DNA of 59,895 bases, taken from sequence record SRR22947725_1575. One strand, 5' to 3'. Under the pieces are notes generated by a model. That model saw only the letters and a program-made list of their open reading frames with translations. It made no database searches and had not been told where the DNA came from. Below are positions 37,294 to 45,973 of this stretch, piece after piece. Made by a program: the position numbers and the translations under genes. The stretch's first letter is position 1. Each line of letters begins with the position of its first letter.

Positions 37294-40200
37294 ATGACTT
37301 CATTCCCGCATTTCAAAACGGCACTTCTCGCACTGTGCTGCATCCATTTCGGCTGGCACCCCTGCAAGCTCGAAGGCCAGACATTGCGTATCAATGAATG
37401 CATGGCAGCCAATTCGAATGGACTGCTTGATGAAGATGGAGATACGTCGGATTGGATTGAGATCTGGAATTATGGATCATCACCCGTGTCACTTGCTGGC
37501 CTGTACTTGAGCGACGACCCTCAATTGCCTGACCTGTGGCCGCTCCCTTCCATCCGTTTGGATGGCAATGAGCATCTCATTGTCTTTGCTTCCGGCAAGG
37601 ATCGCCGGTCGCCCGAGCATTCACTGCACTGCAATTTTGAATTGGATCGAAAAGGTGAATTCCTTTCACTGAATCAATTCATTGAAGGCGAATGGATGGA
37701 GCTCAGCGCATTCAATCCCTTCCCGCCCCAAAAACAGAATGTATCCTATGGGTATGTGGGAAATGCGGGTTCCATGAAGACAGCGTATTTTTTAATCCCC
37801 AGCCCCGGCACAAGGAACCGGGGTGAATCGGTATCTGGATTCGTCAAGGATACTCGTTTCAGCATGGACCGGGGTTATTATGATGCTCCATTCGACCTTA
37901 TCATCTCGACCGGCACCCCCGGAGCAACGCTCGCCTACACGACCGATGGCACTCTCCCCTCTCCGACCAATGGAACACAGGTCCTCCCCGAAAACACGAC
38001 AGAACCAAGCATTGCTCAGTTGAAGATCACCGATTCCACATTGCTGCGAGCCATGGCATACAAGGACACATATTCTCCCACCAATGTGGACACCCACTCC
38101 TATTTCTTTCATGGCTCCTTGTTGAAACAAGGAGACGAAGGCGAACCATTCGATCAATCGGTGCGCTGGGGGCACGCGGGGCCGGATTGGGAGATGGATC
38201 CGGAAATCGTCACCCATGCAAACCCTGAAATCAAACCTGCCAAAGAAGATTTCCTGAGACTGCCCACCCTTTCCATCGCAATGCATTTCAATGAAATGTT
38301 TGGTCGAGGGGGTATCTATATTGCTGGGCAAAGTGTTGAAAAGCAGGTATCCGCCGAGTGGCTCAATCCTACATCGGATCCGCAGGCTCCCAATAAAGTT
38401 CAGGGTTTTCAAAAAGACGCCACCCTGCAGATTGTCGGCGGGAGCAGTCCGTCGCGCTGGAAATCAGACAAGCTATCCATGCGCCTGAAATTTGATCAGG
38501 ACCTGAATTACCCTGTGTTTGGAGGGGATGCAACAGACCGCTTTGACACGTTGGTGATTGATGCTCGATTGAACAATGTGTGGCATTATGGAGGGGGTGT
38601 GGAACCTGTGGGCCAGCGAGAACGTGCACAATACGTACGCGATCAATACGCCGCCAATCTCCACAATGCCATGGGGGGAACCTCACCGCACGGCAGGCAT
38701 GCACATGTCATGATCAACGGAATTTACTGGGGCATCCACACGATCCACGAACGCCCGGACGATAATTTCACAGCCAGTTACCTGGGTGGTTCGAATGAGG
38801 ATTATGACTCAATCAAGCACCGTCCCAATGACGTACTTCAGGGAAGTTCGGATAATTACAATCAATTGCATGCTCTCGCTGGAAGGGATTTGTCGATCGA
38901 GGAAAACTACGCTGCGGTGAGTGCACTTTTGGATATCGATGATTTCATTGATTACATGCTCATGAATTATTACATCGGTAATGGTGACTGGGCACACCAC
39001 AACTGGTACGCCTCATTCAACCGCATCGATCCCGATGGAAGATGGCGTTTCCACAGTTGGGATGCGGAAAAAGGACTGCATGGCGTCAGCAACAATGTCA
39101 CCGGCAGAAACGATCGCGGTGGCCCCACCTTTCTTCAGCATCAGCTCATTCGCAATGAAGGCTACCGTTTTAGATTTGCAGACCGTGCCTATGATCAGTT
39201 GCGTCACGGGGTCTTGACCCCGCAGAGGACAGCCCAGATGTATCGTGAAATCACAGACCCCATCGACCTTCCGATTCGTCTGGAATCGGCACGCTGGGGA
39301 GACAATCAAAAGAGCCGACCCTACACTCGCCTGGATTGGATTGAGAATCGTGACTCACTTTTTGGACTTGCTGCCAACCGACAACTACCTACCCACGATT
39401 TCTTCAAACGCAGAAGCGAAATCGTTTTAAGTCAATTCAAGCAGCGCAACTGGTTACCCTTCATGGAACCTCCCGTCTTCAATCAACACGGCGGACACAT
39501 CCCGGGAGATTTCAAAATCGAAATTCAGCTGGCAAATCAGGGTTCCATCCTCTACACCCTGGATGGTTCGGACCCCATGCCTGCAGTTCAAAACACCCGT
39601 CAGACAACGTTCCATCTTGTCTCCGATTCACATGAAAAACATGCGATAATGCCAGAAGACAGCCGTATTGAAGACAATTGGATGCAGGTGAACTTTGATG
39701 ACTCAGACTGGCCCAGAGGAAACAAAGGTGCAGGATACGAAAACAGATCGGGTTATGAAGATTTCATTTCAAGCACCTTGGATTTCCATGATTCAGTCAA
39801 CCAAAGCGATACCGAAACGATCTACATGCGGGTTGAGTTCGAGGTGGAGGAGCAGACTCCATTTGACCGAATGGAATTAGGTCTGCGTTTTGACGACGGT
39901 TTCATCGCCTACCTGAATGGATTCGAAATCGCTCGGTCCAATGCCCGCGGCACCCCGGATACTCCTGCCGCATGGAATGCATCCGCGTCATCGAGCCACT
40001 CCGACGCCGAAGCCGTCGTTTTCCAATCTTTTGATGTCACTTCTTCTCTGAAACACCTCAAGCAAGGAACCAATGTACTGGCGATCCACGGATTGAATGT
40101 ATCGGCAACCAGCAGTGATTTCCTGATTTGGCCCGTGCTCAAGGCCAGTGTCATCGAGGAAGACCCACAGGCACCGACGAATGATCAGGTGATGACTTAC

Positions 40201-41226
40201 GCATCCCCCTTCACATTGACGCAATCCTCGACCATCAAGGCCAGGGTGAATCGAGCCGGTAGATGGTCCGCACTGCTGTCCGCGGATTTCATTGTTGATG
40301 CCATGCCGGTGACGGCAGAAAACATATCACTGTCCGCTATTCACTATCACCCAACAGCGCCTGTCACCTCTGAAATGGAAGCCGGTTTCCAGAATCGAAG
40401 AGACTTTGAATTCCTGGAACTTCATAACCCCTCTGCGCAGTCCGTTGACCTGAGAGGGCTGCGTTTTATCTCAGGTATCGATTTTGAATTCGATGCATCC
40501 GCGTTCATCCTTGAATTAAACCCCGGGAAATCCTTGATCATTGCATCCAATCAAGAAGCCTTTGAATCTCGTTTTGGAACGACCTGGAACATTGCCGGGA
40601 CTTTTCGCAAGGACACAAATCTGAACAATGGCGGTGAACGCATTGCGGCAATCAACAGCGCAGGTCAAATCGTTCTGGATGTGACCTACTCAGATCAGCC
40701 ACCCTGGCCCACAGCCCCGGACGGTCAAGGTTCATTCCTCACGCTTTCAAACCCTGATAAACCTGGCCTGGCCAGCGCATGGAATGCAGCGTCAGAGTCA
40801 GTAACCAGGGCACCTGCGGCGGCTCTCCAACCCTATCTCAAATGGCTGGAAAACCATTTCACGGCAGATGCATTGGACAGGCCCCTGATCACCGGATGGA
40901 CCGCTGACCCGGATCTCGATGGAATGAACAACCTGCTGGAATACTTCCACGGATCAGATCCCTCAAGGGCGATGCAATCTCCTCACGTTTTGAAGATCCA
41001 CAGGGATACAGCAGAAGGCGAAGCAAAGTGGCAGATTGAATTTTCAAAAGTTACCGAGTTGCCGGGTATTGAATGGAGCGTCGAACATTCAACGGACCTT
41101 CAGTCATGGACGGCACTTGGCGTACCTGCTGAAATGGTCACCGATCGTTTTCATCATTATTCATGGAATCAGCCGGCATCTGGTGCATCCAGGTTCTTTC
41201 GATTGAAACTCACCCTGCAGGAATAG
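37294..41226 (+). CDS. Secreted CotH-kinase / lamin-tail domain protein
   Basis: INECMAAN..DEDGDTSDWIEIWN; YTTDGT.P; YWGIHTIHER, NGDWAHHNWY, HSWDAE; second lamin-tail domain; DPDLDGMNNLLEY; ATG at 37294 preferred over TTG at 37213. Confidence 0.85.
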   Translation: MTSFPHFKTALLALCCIHFGWHPCKLEGQTLRINECMAANSNGLLDEDGDTSDWIEIWNYGSSPVSLAGLYLSDDPQLPDLWPLPSIRLDGNEHLIVFASGKDRRSPEHSLHCNFELDRKGEFLSLNQFIEGEWMELSAFNPFPPQKQNVSYGYVGNAGSMKTAYFLIPSPGTRNRGESVSGFVKDTRFSMDRGYYDAPFDLIISTGTPGATLAYTTDGTLPSPTNGTQVLPENTTEPSIAQLKITDSTLLRAMAYKDTYSPTNVDTHSYFFHGSLLKQGDEGEPFDQSVRWGHAGPDWEMDPEIVTHANPEIKPAKEDFLRLPTLSIAMHFNEMFGRGGIYIAGQSVEKQVSAEWLNPTSDPQAPNKVQGFQKDATLQIVGGSSPSRWKSDKLSMRLKFDQDLNYPVFGGDATDRFDTLVIDARLNNVWHYGGGVEPVGQRERAQYVRDQYAANLHNAMGGTSPHGRHAHVMINGIYWGIHTIHERPDDNFTASYLGGSNEDYDSIKHRPNDVLQGSSDNYNQLHALAGRDLSIEENYAAVSALLDIDDFIDYMLMNYYIGNGDWAHHNWYASFNRIDPDGRWRFHSWDAEKGLHGVSNNVTGRNDRGGPTFLQHQLIRNEGYRFRFADRAYDQLRHGVLTPQRTAQMYREITDPIDLPIRLESARWGDNQKSRPYTRLDWIENRDSLFGLAANRQLPTHDFFKRRSEIVLSQFKQRNWLPFMEPPVFNQHGGHIPGDFKIEIQLANQGSILYTLDGSDPMPAVQNTRQTTFHLVSDSHEKHAIMPEDSRIEDNWMQVNFDDSDWPRGNKGAGYENRSGYEDFISSTLDFHDSVNQSDTETIYMRVEFEVEEQTPFDRMELGLRFDDGFIAYLNGFEIARSNARGTPDTPAAWNASASSSHSDAEAVVFQSFDVTSSLKHLKQGTNVLAIHGLNVSATSSDFLIWPVLKASVIEEDPQAPTNDQVMTYASPFTLTQSSTIKARVNRAGRWSALLSADFIVDAMPVTAENISLSAIHYHPTAPVTSEMEAGFQNRRDFEFLELHNPSAQSVDLRGLRFISGIDFEFDASAFILELNPGKSLIIASNQEAFESRFGTTWNIAGTFRKDTNLNNGGERIAAINSAGQIVLDVTYSDQPPWPTAPDGQGSFLTLSNPDKPGLASAWNAASESVTRAPAAALQPYLKWLENHFTADALDRPLITGWTADPDLDGMNNLLEYFHGSDPSRAMQSPHVLKIHRDTAEGEAKWQIEFSKVTELPGIEWSVEHSTDLQSWTALGVPAEMVTDRFHHYSWNQPASGASRFFRLKLTLQE

Positions 41227-41347
41227 TTCCTTGAAGGTGATGGCCGCCCTCTCGAATCGTTGCAACTGGCATGTCTGATTCGCATCCGTTGGCGTCGGTT
41301 GCCGTTCCAAAACCCAATTCCATCCGCTGAATAGAATGCCCAACACT

Positions 41348-42733
41348 TCAACGGGCGAGTAGTTTCCGCATGGCGGGAAGAAGCACATCCTCGACTTCAG
41401 GAGCCACCTTGGAGGCACGGGGACTGTCTTCGTAACCGCCCTGACCATACTGGGATTTTGCACAGATATAACCTGTCGAATAGTCGCCGTAGGCAGCCAT
41501 AGCAACAAATGTTTCAGGGCGCATGGATTGCGCAGCAAGTTGATATGGAATGGTCAGTTCTCCGGGCATGAACAGGACGCGCGCTTCCCCCAGGCGCAGG
41601 CAATGCAGATCAATGGCTTCGCCGTTTTGACAGCGACGCAGCCACGTCAAATCCTTGGCGACATAAGTCAAATCCATCGGATCCTCCTCTACATCAGCCA
41701 GACGAGCCAACAATCGTGTTTCATCCAAGTGCGAAGCGACGGGAAGTACGACCGGCAAGGTCTTCCAGCCAAAAGCATCATCAGATGCCGGGTGTTTGAC
41801 CGTCGCCTTGAGCGCGGAAGCCATTGCCTCGGCCAATCGTGTGGCCAGAGCCTGACGATTCTCCGGTGCACCGTCGTTATACTTGCCAGCGCCAATGTCG
41901 CCGCCAGCACCATTGAAATGGATATGGGGGATGCCATTCAATGTGGCCTCTCGCAACTGGCGCGCCATGCCCGGAAAATCCGGATGCGCTTTACCTGTCA
42001 GATAATAACTTTGCGGATGCGTTGCGTAATAGGTCAACACCGCCAGCAAGGAGTCCCCATTCCAGAAGCTGATGGATTTCAGGAAGGGATCGATTTGGCC
42101 TTCCGGTTCGGCGCGCAAAGCAGGATCTTTGCAAGCGGTATAACGCGTCGCGCGGACCTTGCCATTCGGCCCGAGAATACGCCGATTGGACGCGATCCGG
42201 TCGACCATCGCCTGCCCCAGACCAAAATGGGAAACCGCCATGGCGTCTCGCTTGGCCTGCGCCGCCGCCTGGGAGACACGCGCGACGGCGCGGCGTGCAA
42301 ATTCTGGATCGAACATCAGGCCGTCCAACCCCAAAGGTTCCATCAGGCGCTCCACACTGAAATCACATCGAGGGGCGTCGTGCTGGTGCAGGGTGTGCAC
42401 GGTCACTCTCGATTTCGAGGTTCCAATCGCATCGGCGAGCGACTGACGCCAGAAGTCATGTCCTTCATTGCTGATTCCGATCCAGTCCACCGCGCACAAA
42501 ACAATCGGATCCCCCGCTCCGGTCAGGACAATACCACGCGCTGACAGCGGCATGCCAATGGCCTGGCATCGATTGTAAGCAAGTGGGCTTCCAATCGGCG
42601 GCGAGACATCAGCCTTGAACACGCCAACACGCACATCAGCGACACAGATCACAGGCAAACAGAGAAGAGCTATTGCTACAACCGTATGATCTAATCGGTA
42701 GACTCGGTCAATAAACTTTAAAATTCGTTGCAT
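41348..42733 (-). CDS. Secreted hypothetical protein, neutral/alkaline ceramidase-like (PVC type)
   Basis: DVSPPIG, PLSARGIVL, HTLHQHDAP, NRR, IDP, YATHP, GAGGDI, PGE, YGDY..GYI pattern. Confidence 0.65.
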   Translation of the reverse strand: MQRILKFIDRVYRLDHTVVAIALLCLPVICVADVRVGVFKADVSPPIGSPLAYNRCQAIGMPLSARGIVLTGAGDPIVLCAVDWIGISNEGHDFWRQSLADAIGTSKSRVTVHTLHQHDAPRCDFSVERLMEPLGLDGLMFDPEFARRAVARVSQAAAQAKRDAMAVSHFGLGQAMVDRIASNRRILGPNGKVRATRYTACKDPALRAEPEGQIDPFLKSISFWNGDSLLAVLTYYATHPQSYYLTGKAHPDFPGMARQLREATLNGIPHIHFNGAGGDIGAGKYNDGAPENRQALATRLAEAMASALKATVKHPASDDAFGWKTLPVVLPVASHLDETRLLARLADVEEDPMDLTYVAKDLTWLRRCQNGEAIDLHCLRLGEARVLFMPGELTIPYQLAAQSMRPETFVAMAAYGDYSTGYICAKSQYGQGGYEDSPRASKVAPEVEDVLLPAMRKLLAR

Positions 42734-43053
42734 GGCTTTTTTATATCAGGGAATGGTGAGATCCTACTGCATGCATCATCCTGTTACCATCGGAATCATC
42801 GTCGTCGTTCACCAACCAGCGCGGGTAAATCAAGGGGTTCAACCTGATGTTGATCCTTTGGACTTTCCTGCAGCAACCCGCACACCAATGGCCATGTTTG
42901 GAGCGGACACTTTCACCGCCACCGGATGAGAGTCAGAAATCTTGCACGCTTGGAATGCCAGCAAGAAAGGAAGTAGGAGTCATTCCCCTGCGTGACAAGC
43001 CTGTCAAAGAGAGTGAGGAAAAATCCTTACCTTAACTGTCGTTTCAGACTGAT

Positions 43054-43863
43054 TCACGGAAGAACGACCCTGAATAAAAGTTGTTTGAAATCATTTTGAA
43101 TGGGTTCCATGAAAGTGACGGGCATCTCACCCATGGTCACTTCTCTGAGGGCATTCCATTGCAAACCACTACTTGAAGTTTGCACGATGACCTTCTGGCC
43201 AGCTACCCCGTCAATTTCAAAAGCGAACTGGCCCTCGATCAATCTGGGGTTGGAAAGCGTCGGCTGCAGCGCGGGCAATGAAGCAGGTTCAATGGAATCG
43301 ATCTTTTCTCGAAGGGACTTGAGATTGACACGGTGTGATTGTGCGTAGAGCACTTCCCATGCATCATGGGAGGTGGATCCTTCAACTCCATTCAGCAAAA
43401 CGAAATCGGAATCATTCGCACTTTCACCCCGGCTGGGTGAAAAAAACTGGTGCAAAGCCACATGATTTGAATCATCAAGCACCACCTCGAGCCCGGTCGT
43501 TTCAGCAAAGAAGAGCGACCCTCCACTGGACACACCGCGATCATCCTTTTCGAGACCTATGATGTGAACAGGAATGCCGTGTGGATTGCCACCGCGTTCA
43601 TCGTAATACTCCTGAATCTCTCGCTCAGCGACCGCTGAGTTATTTCGGCAAATGCCTCACCAATAAAAAAAGAAATCAAGCAGTACGATCGAGCCACGAT
43701 AATCATGAAGCCGAATGGAATCTCCGGAAATCACATCCGTTAATTCAAAGTCCTCGGCAATATCACCCACTTTTTTGAGGGTTGATTGAGTATGGGCTTC
43801 GACCATGCTCCACAAAAGGAAGGCTGAAAACAACGACATGCTAAAGGTAATGGTCTTTTTCAT
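43054..43863 (-). CDS. Secreted thioredoxin-fold (TlpA/redoxin) selenoprotein, U69-x-x-C72, with C-terminal secretion-type module; 269 aa with UGA read as Sec
   Basis: Track ORFs 43657-43869 and 43054-43533 are one frame broken only by TGA at 43657-43659: KVGDIAEDFELTD...IVLLDFFFYW-U-GICRNNSAVAEREIQEYYDERGGNPHGIPVHIIG; aligns with LDFFAHWCAPC...IAEYYLEQNGNKHGIPVDVVAV of the upstream gene; SECIS-like hairpin follows. Confidence 0.85.
43624..43659 (-). promoter_or_regulatory. Putative bacterial SECIS element
   Basis: mRNA UGA-ggcauuugccgaaauaa-CUCAGC-GGUC-GCUGAG: 6-bp perfect stem, 4-nt G-led loop starting 23 nt after the UGA. Confidence 0.7.
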
Positions 43864-43903
43864 GATCAATAATGGAGAATCAACTGTTTTTGCTTGGTGT
43901 TGT

Positions 43904-45529
43904 TTAAAACGTCATATCAAACGCTGCCTGAAACAAGCCCCAATTTCGGCTTTGATACAGGTCTTCAAAGAAAGGGGCTTCGACCTCCGCATCCTGATAT
44001 CGTGTCCAATAGGGACCTGCACTCAATCGCAGACTTGACCGCTCGCCCAACCAGCGAACCCCGAACCCTGCGTGATAGGTGTCCAGACCAGGAGGCGCAT
44101 TGGAAGAGGTCAGTGAATTTTGTATTTCTCCAGTATCGTGGTAGTAACGGGCAAACAAACTGATGATCCAAGATGCCCCAAGGTCTTGCTCCAGGGTAAG
44201 CCCGGCAAACCAGGCGTCAAAGGAGGGGTTTTCCTTCGTCCAACCCGCTTGAGCCCGGAGCACCGTTTGCTCTCTGACGGCGATGTTCAGGAACTCTTGA
44301 GCGCTCCAGCGAAATTGGCGTTCACTGGTATCGGTCAGGCGAAGTTCCATCAAGGACCGCATGCAAGAATTAATGACATTTTCGGACGCCAAACGAAGCA
44401 TGTGAGAATCAATCCGGTCCAGTCCAAGAATCGTAGTGCGTCCGAATTCGGCACTGGGTGCGATGCGGTCTCGAAAGAACCCATATCCTGCCTCCAGATA
44501 TCCAGACGCAGGCAGATATTCCCAACGCACCTGAGCGGCCAACTGAATTCCACGAGGGTCGATATGTGGATAATCTTCAAAAAAGGGCAAGTCTCCGATC
44601 TGCTGATAGTATTCATGCAGCCAGAAGGCTCGATGGCTTTGAAAACCTTCATAATAACCGAACTGCCCCTTCAAAGTGATCACCTCATTCAATTCCCGTG
44701 AGAAGCGAAATTGTGTCAGCACACGTTCGGCATGAGTTTGCACGGGCGTGAAAAACGGATCAGGCGAACGCATTTCAAGTGCGAATGTCTGCAGGCCCAA
44801 TCCGAAATCCCATTTCGTCTTACCGTATGTGTGACCGTAGCTTAAATCCCATTGAGTCAATTGATAGTCATCACTGATCAAAGCCTCTCCACTGGCTTCT
44901 GATTTCCTTTCCACAGACCTGGCACTCGTTTTGATCCCTGATTCGGATTGACCTTCCGATAGGACCGGAATGTTTGTGACAGTCTCACTGGAACCCGTGA
45001 TTGAGTCAATGACTGCACGCAGTTGAGAAACACCCTCGAAGCCAGCTTTCTGGTAAACAACTTTCAGGTCGCCACCGGAATGTGTGCCATCCAGCACCAC
45101 GAGCAATGGGATGCTTTCGGCTTTGAATTCAGAGAGAAGTGTGCCATTAAAATCGTCTATGACTTTTTTCAGACCTGTTCGCCTGATAAAAAGATCAGTA
45201 CGCTTTGGACTTGAGGCTTCGACATTGACGGCCACCACATCCACTGGAATACCATGCTTGTTCCCATTTTGTTCGAGGTAGTATTCTGCGATGTCTTTTT
45301 CAATCAACGGAGACACTCGAAGGCATGGCGCACACCAGTGTGCAAAAAAATCCAGCACAAGGATGCGACCTTGAAATGATTCGGAAGAAAACGTTTCCTC
45401 GGAATCAGCCGTTCGATATTCCCGTTGAAAACCAGAGAAAGCGGATGCGTTCAAGTTCATTGAGAAAAAGAGACACACCAAGGGTTTTGCCAACCACCTC
45501 AAGCTTGCGTTCAAACAATTCATTCGCAT
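43904..45529 (-). CDS. TlpA-like thioredoxin (WCAPC) fused to an outer-membrane beta-barrel (DUF3570-like by context)
   Basis: Signal peptide; LVLDFFAHWCAPC, VVAVNVE, SIP (cis-Pro); C-terminal region of alternating aromatic beta-strands ending WGLFQAAFDMTF (terminal Phe). Confidence 0.8.
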   Translation of the reverse strand: MRMNCLNASLRWLAKPLVCLFFSMNLNASAFSGFQREYRTADSEETFSSESFQGRILVLDFFAHWCAPCLRVSPLIEKDIAEYYLEQNGNKHGIPVDVVAVNVEASSPKRTDLFIRRTGLKKVIDDFNGTLLSEFKAESIPLLVVLDGTHSGGDLKVVYQKAGFEGVSQLRAVIDSITGSSETVTNIPVLSEGQSESGIKTSARSVERKSEASGEALISDDYQLTQWDLSYGHTYGKTKWDFGLGLQTFALEMRSPDPFFTPVQTHAERVLTQFRFSRELNEVITLKGQFGYYEGFQSHRAFWLHEYYQQIGDLPFFEDYPHIDPRGIQLAAQVRWEYLPASGYLEAGYGFFRDRIAPSAEFGRTTILGLDRIDSHMLRLASENVINSCMRSLMELRLTDTSERQFRWSAQEFLNIAVREQTVLRAQAGWTKENPSFDAWFAGLTLEQDLGASWIISLFARYYHDTGEIQNSLTSSNAPPGLDTYHAGFGVRWLGERSSLRLSAGPYWTRYQDAEVEAPFFEDLYQSRNWGLFQAAFDMTF

Positions 45530-45538
45530 GCGGTTTGA

Positions 45539-45781
45539 TTACTGGCAGGCGGTGCAACCTGCGGCCGGAGCTCCACCCGAACCCGCAGTCCCGGGCTCTA
45601 TCTGAGTCAGCACATTCGATTGATAAGCAAAGACCGGCGAATCTGAGAACGTCATGTTGGGCTTCGACACCAGGCCCTGATCATTCAATGGAATCGCCTT
45701 GCAACCCACCAAGGAGCAACAGGTCCATGCCATCGCCACAGACCAAGCTATTTTTCTATGTATGCGGTTATGCATGCGCAC
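45539..45781 (-). CDS. DUF4266-like small lipoprotein with C-terminal CxxC
   Basis: Lipobox LVGC; L.KPNMTF; Gly-rich tail EPGTAGSGGAPAAGCTACQ; start GTG 45781 or ATG 45775. Confidence 0.8.
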   Translation of the reverse strand: MRMHNRIHRKIAWSVAMAWTCCSLVGCKAIPLNDQGLVSKPNMTFSDSPVFAYQSNVLTQIEPGTAGSGGAPAAGCTACQ

Positions 45782-45973
45782 TGAATTGCTAGATATTCAA
45801 ATTCAATCCAGTGCAACTCATTTGCAAGGGATATTTCCCAGATTATTCACCGACATACTCAAAGGCAATACTCGAGGGTAGATCGGGTGGGCATGATCAT
45901 GAGAATGCTGACATGCATATCAACCACACATTTCATCTCAAACAATTGATTTCCATTCACAAATCTGTTTAGG

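Noticed and set aside
41528-42544. 338-aa plus-strand ORF
   Set aside because: Antisense shadow of the GC-rich 41348-42733 gene; no recognisable motifs
43054-43869. Treating track ORFs 43657-43869 and 43054-43533 as two genes or as a pseudogene
   Set aside because: The single TGA falls exactly at the first Cys of WCxxC, the frame stays open, homology to the neighbouring paralog spans it, and a SECIS-like hairpin follows; Sec recoding is more parsimonious, pending detection of sel genes
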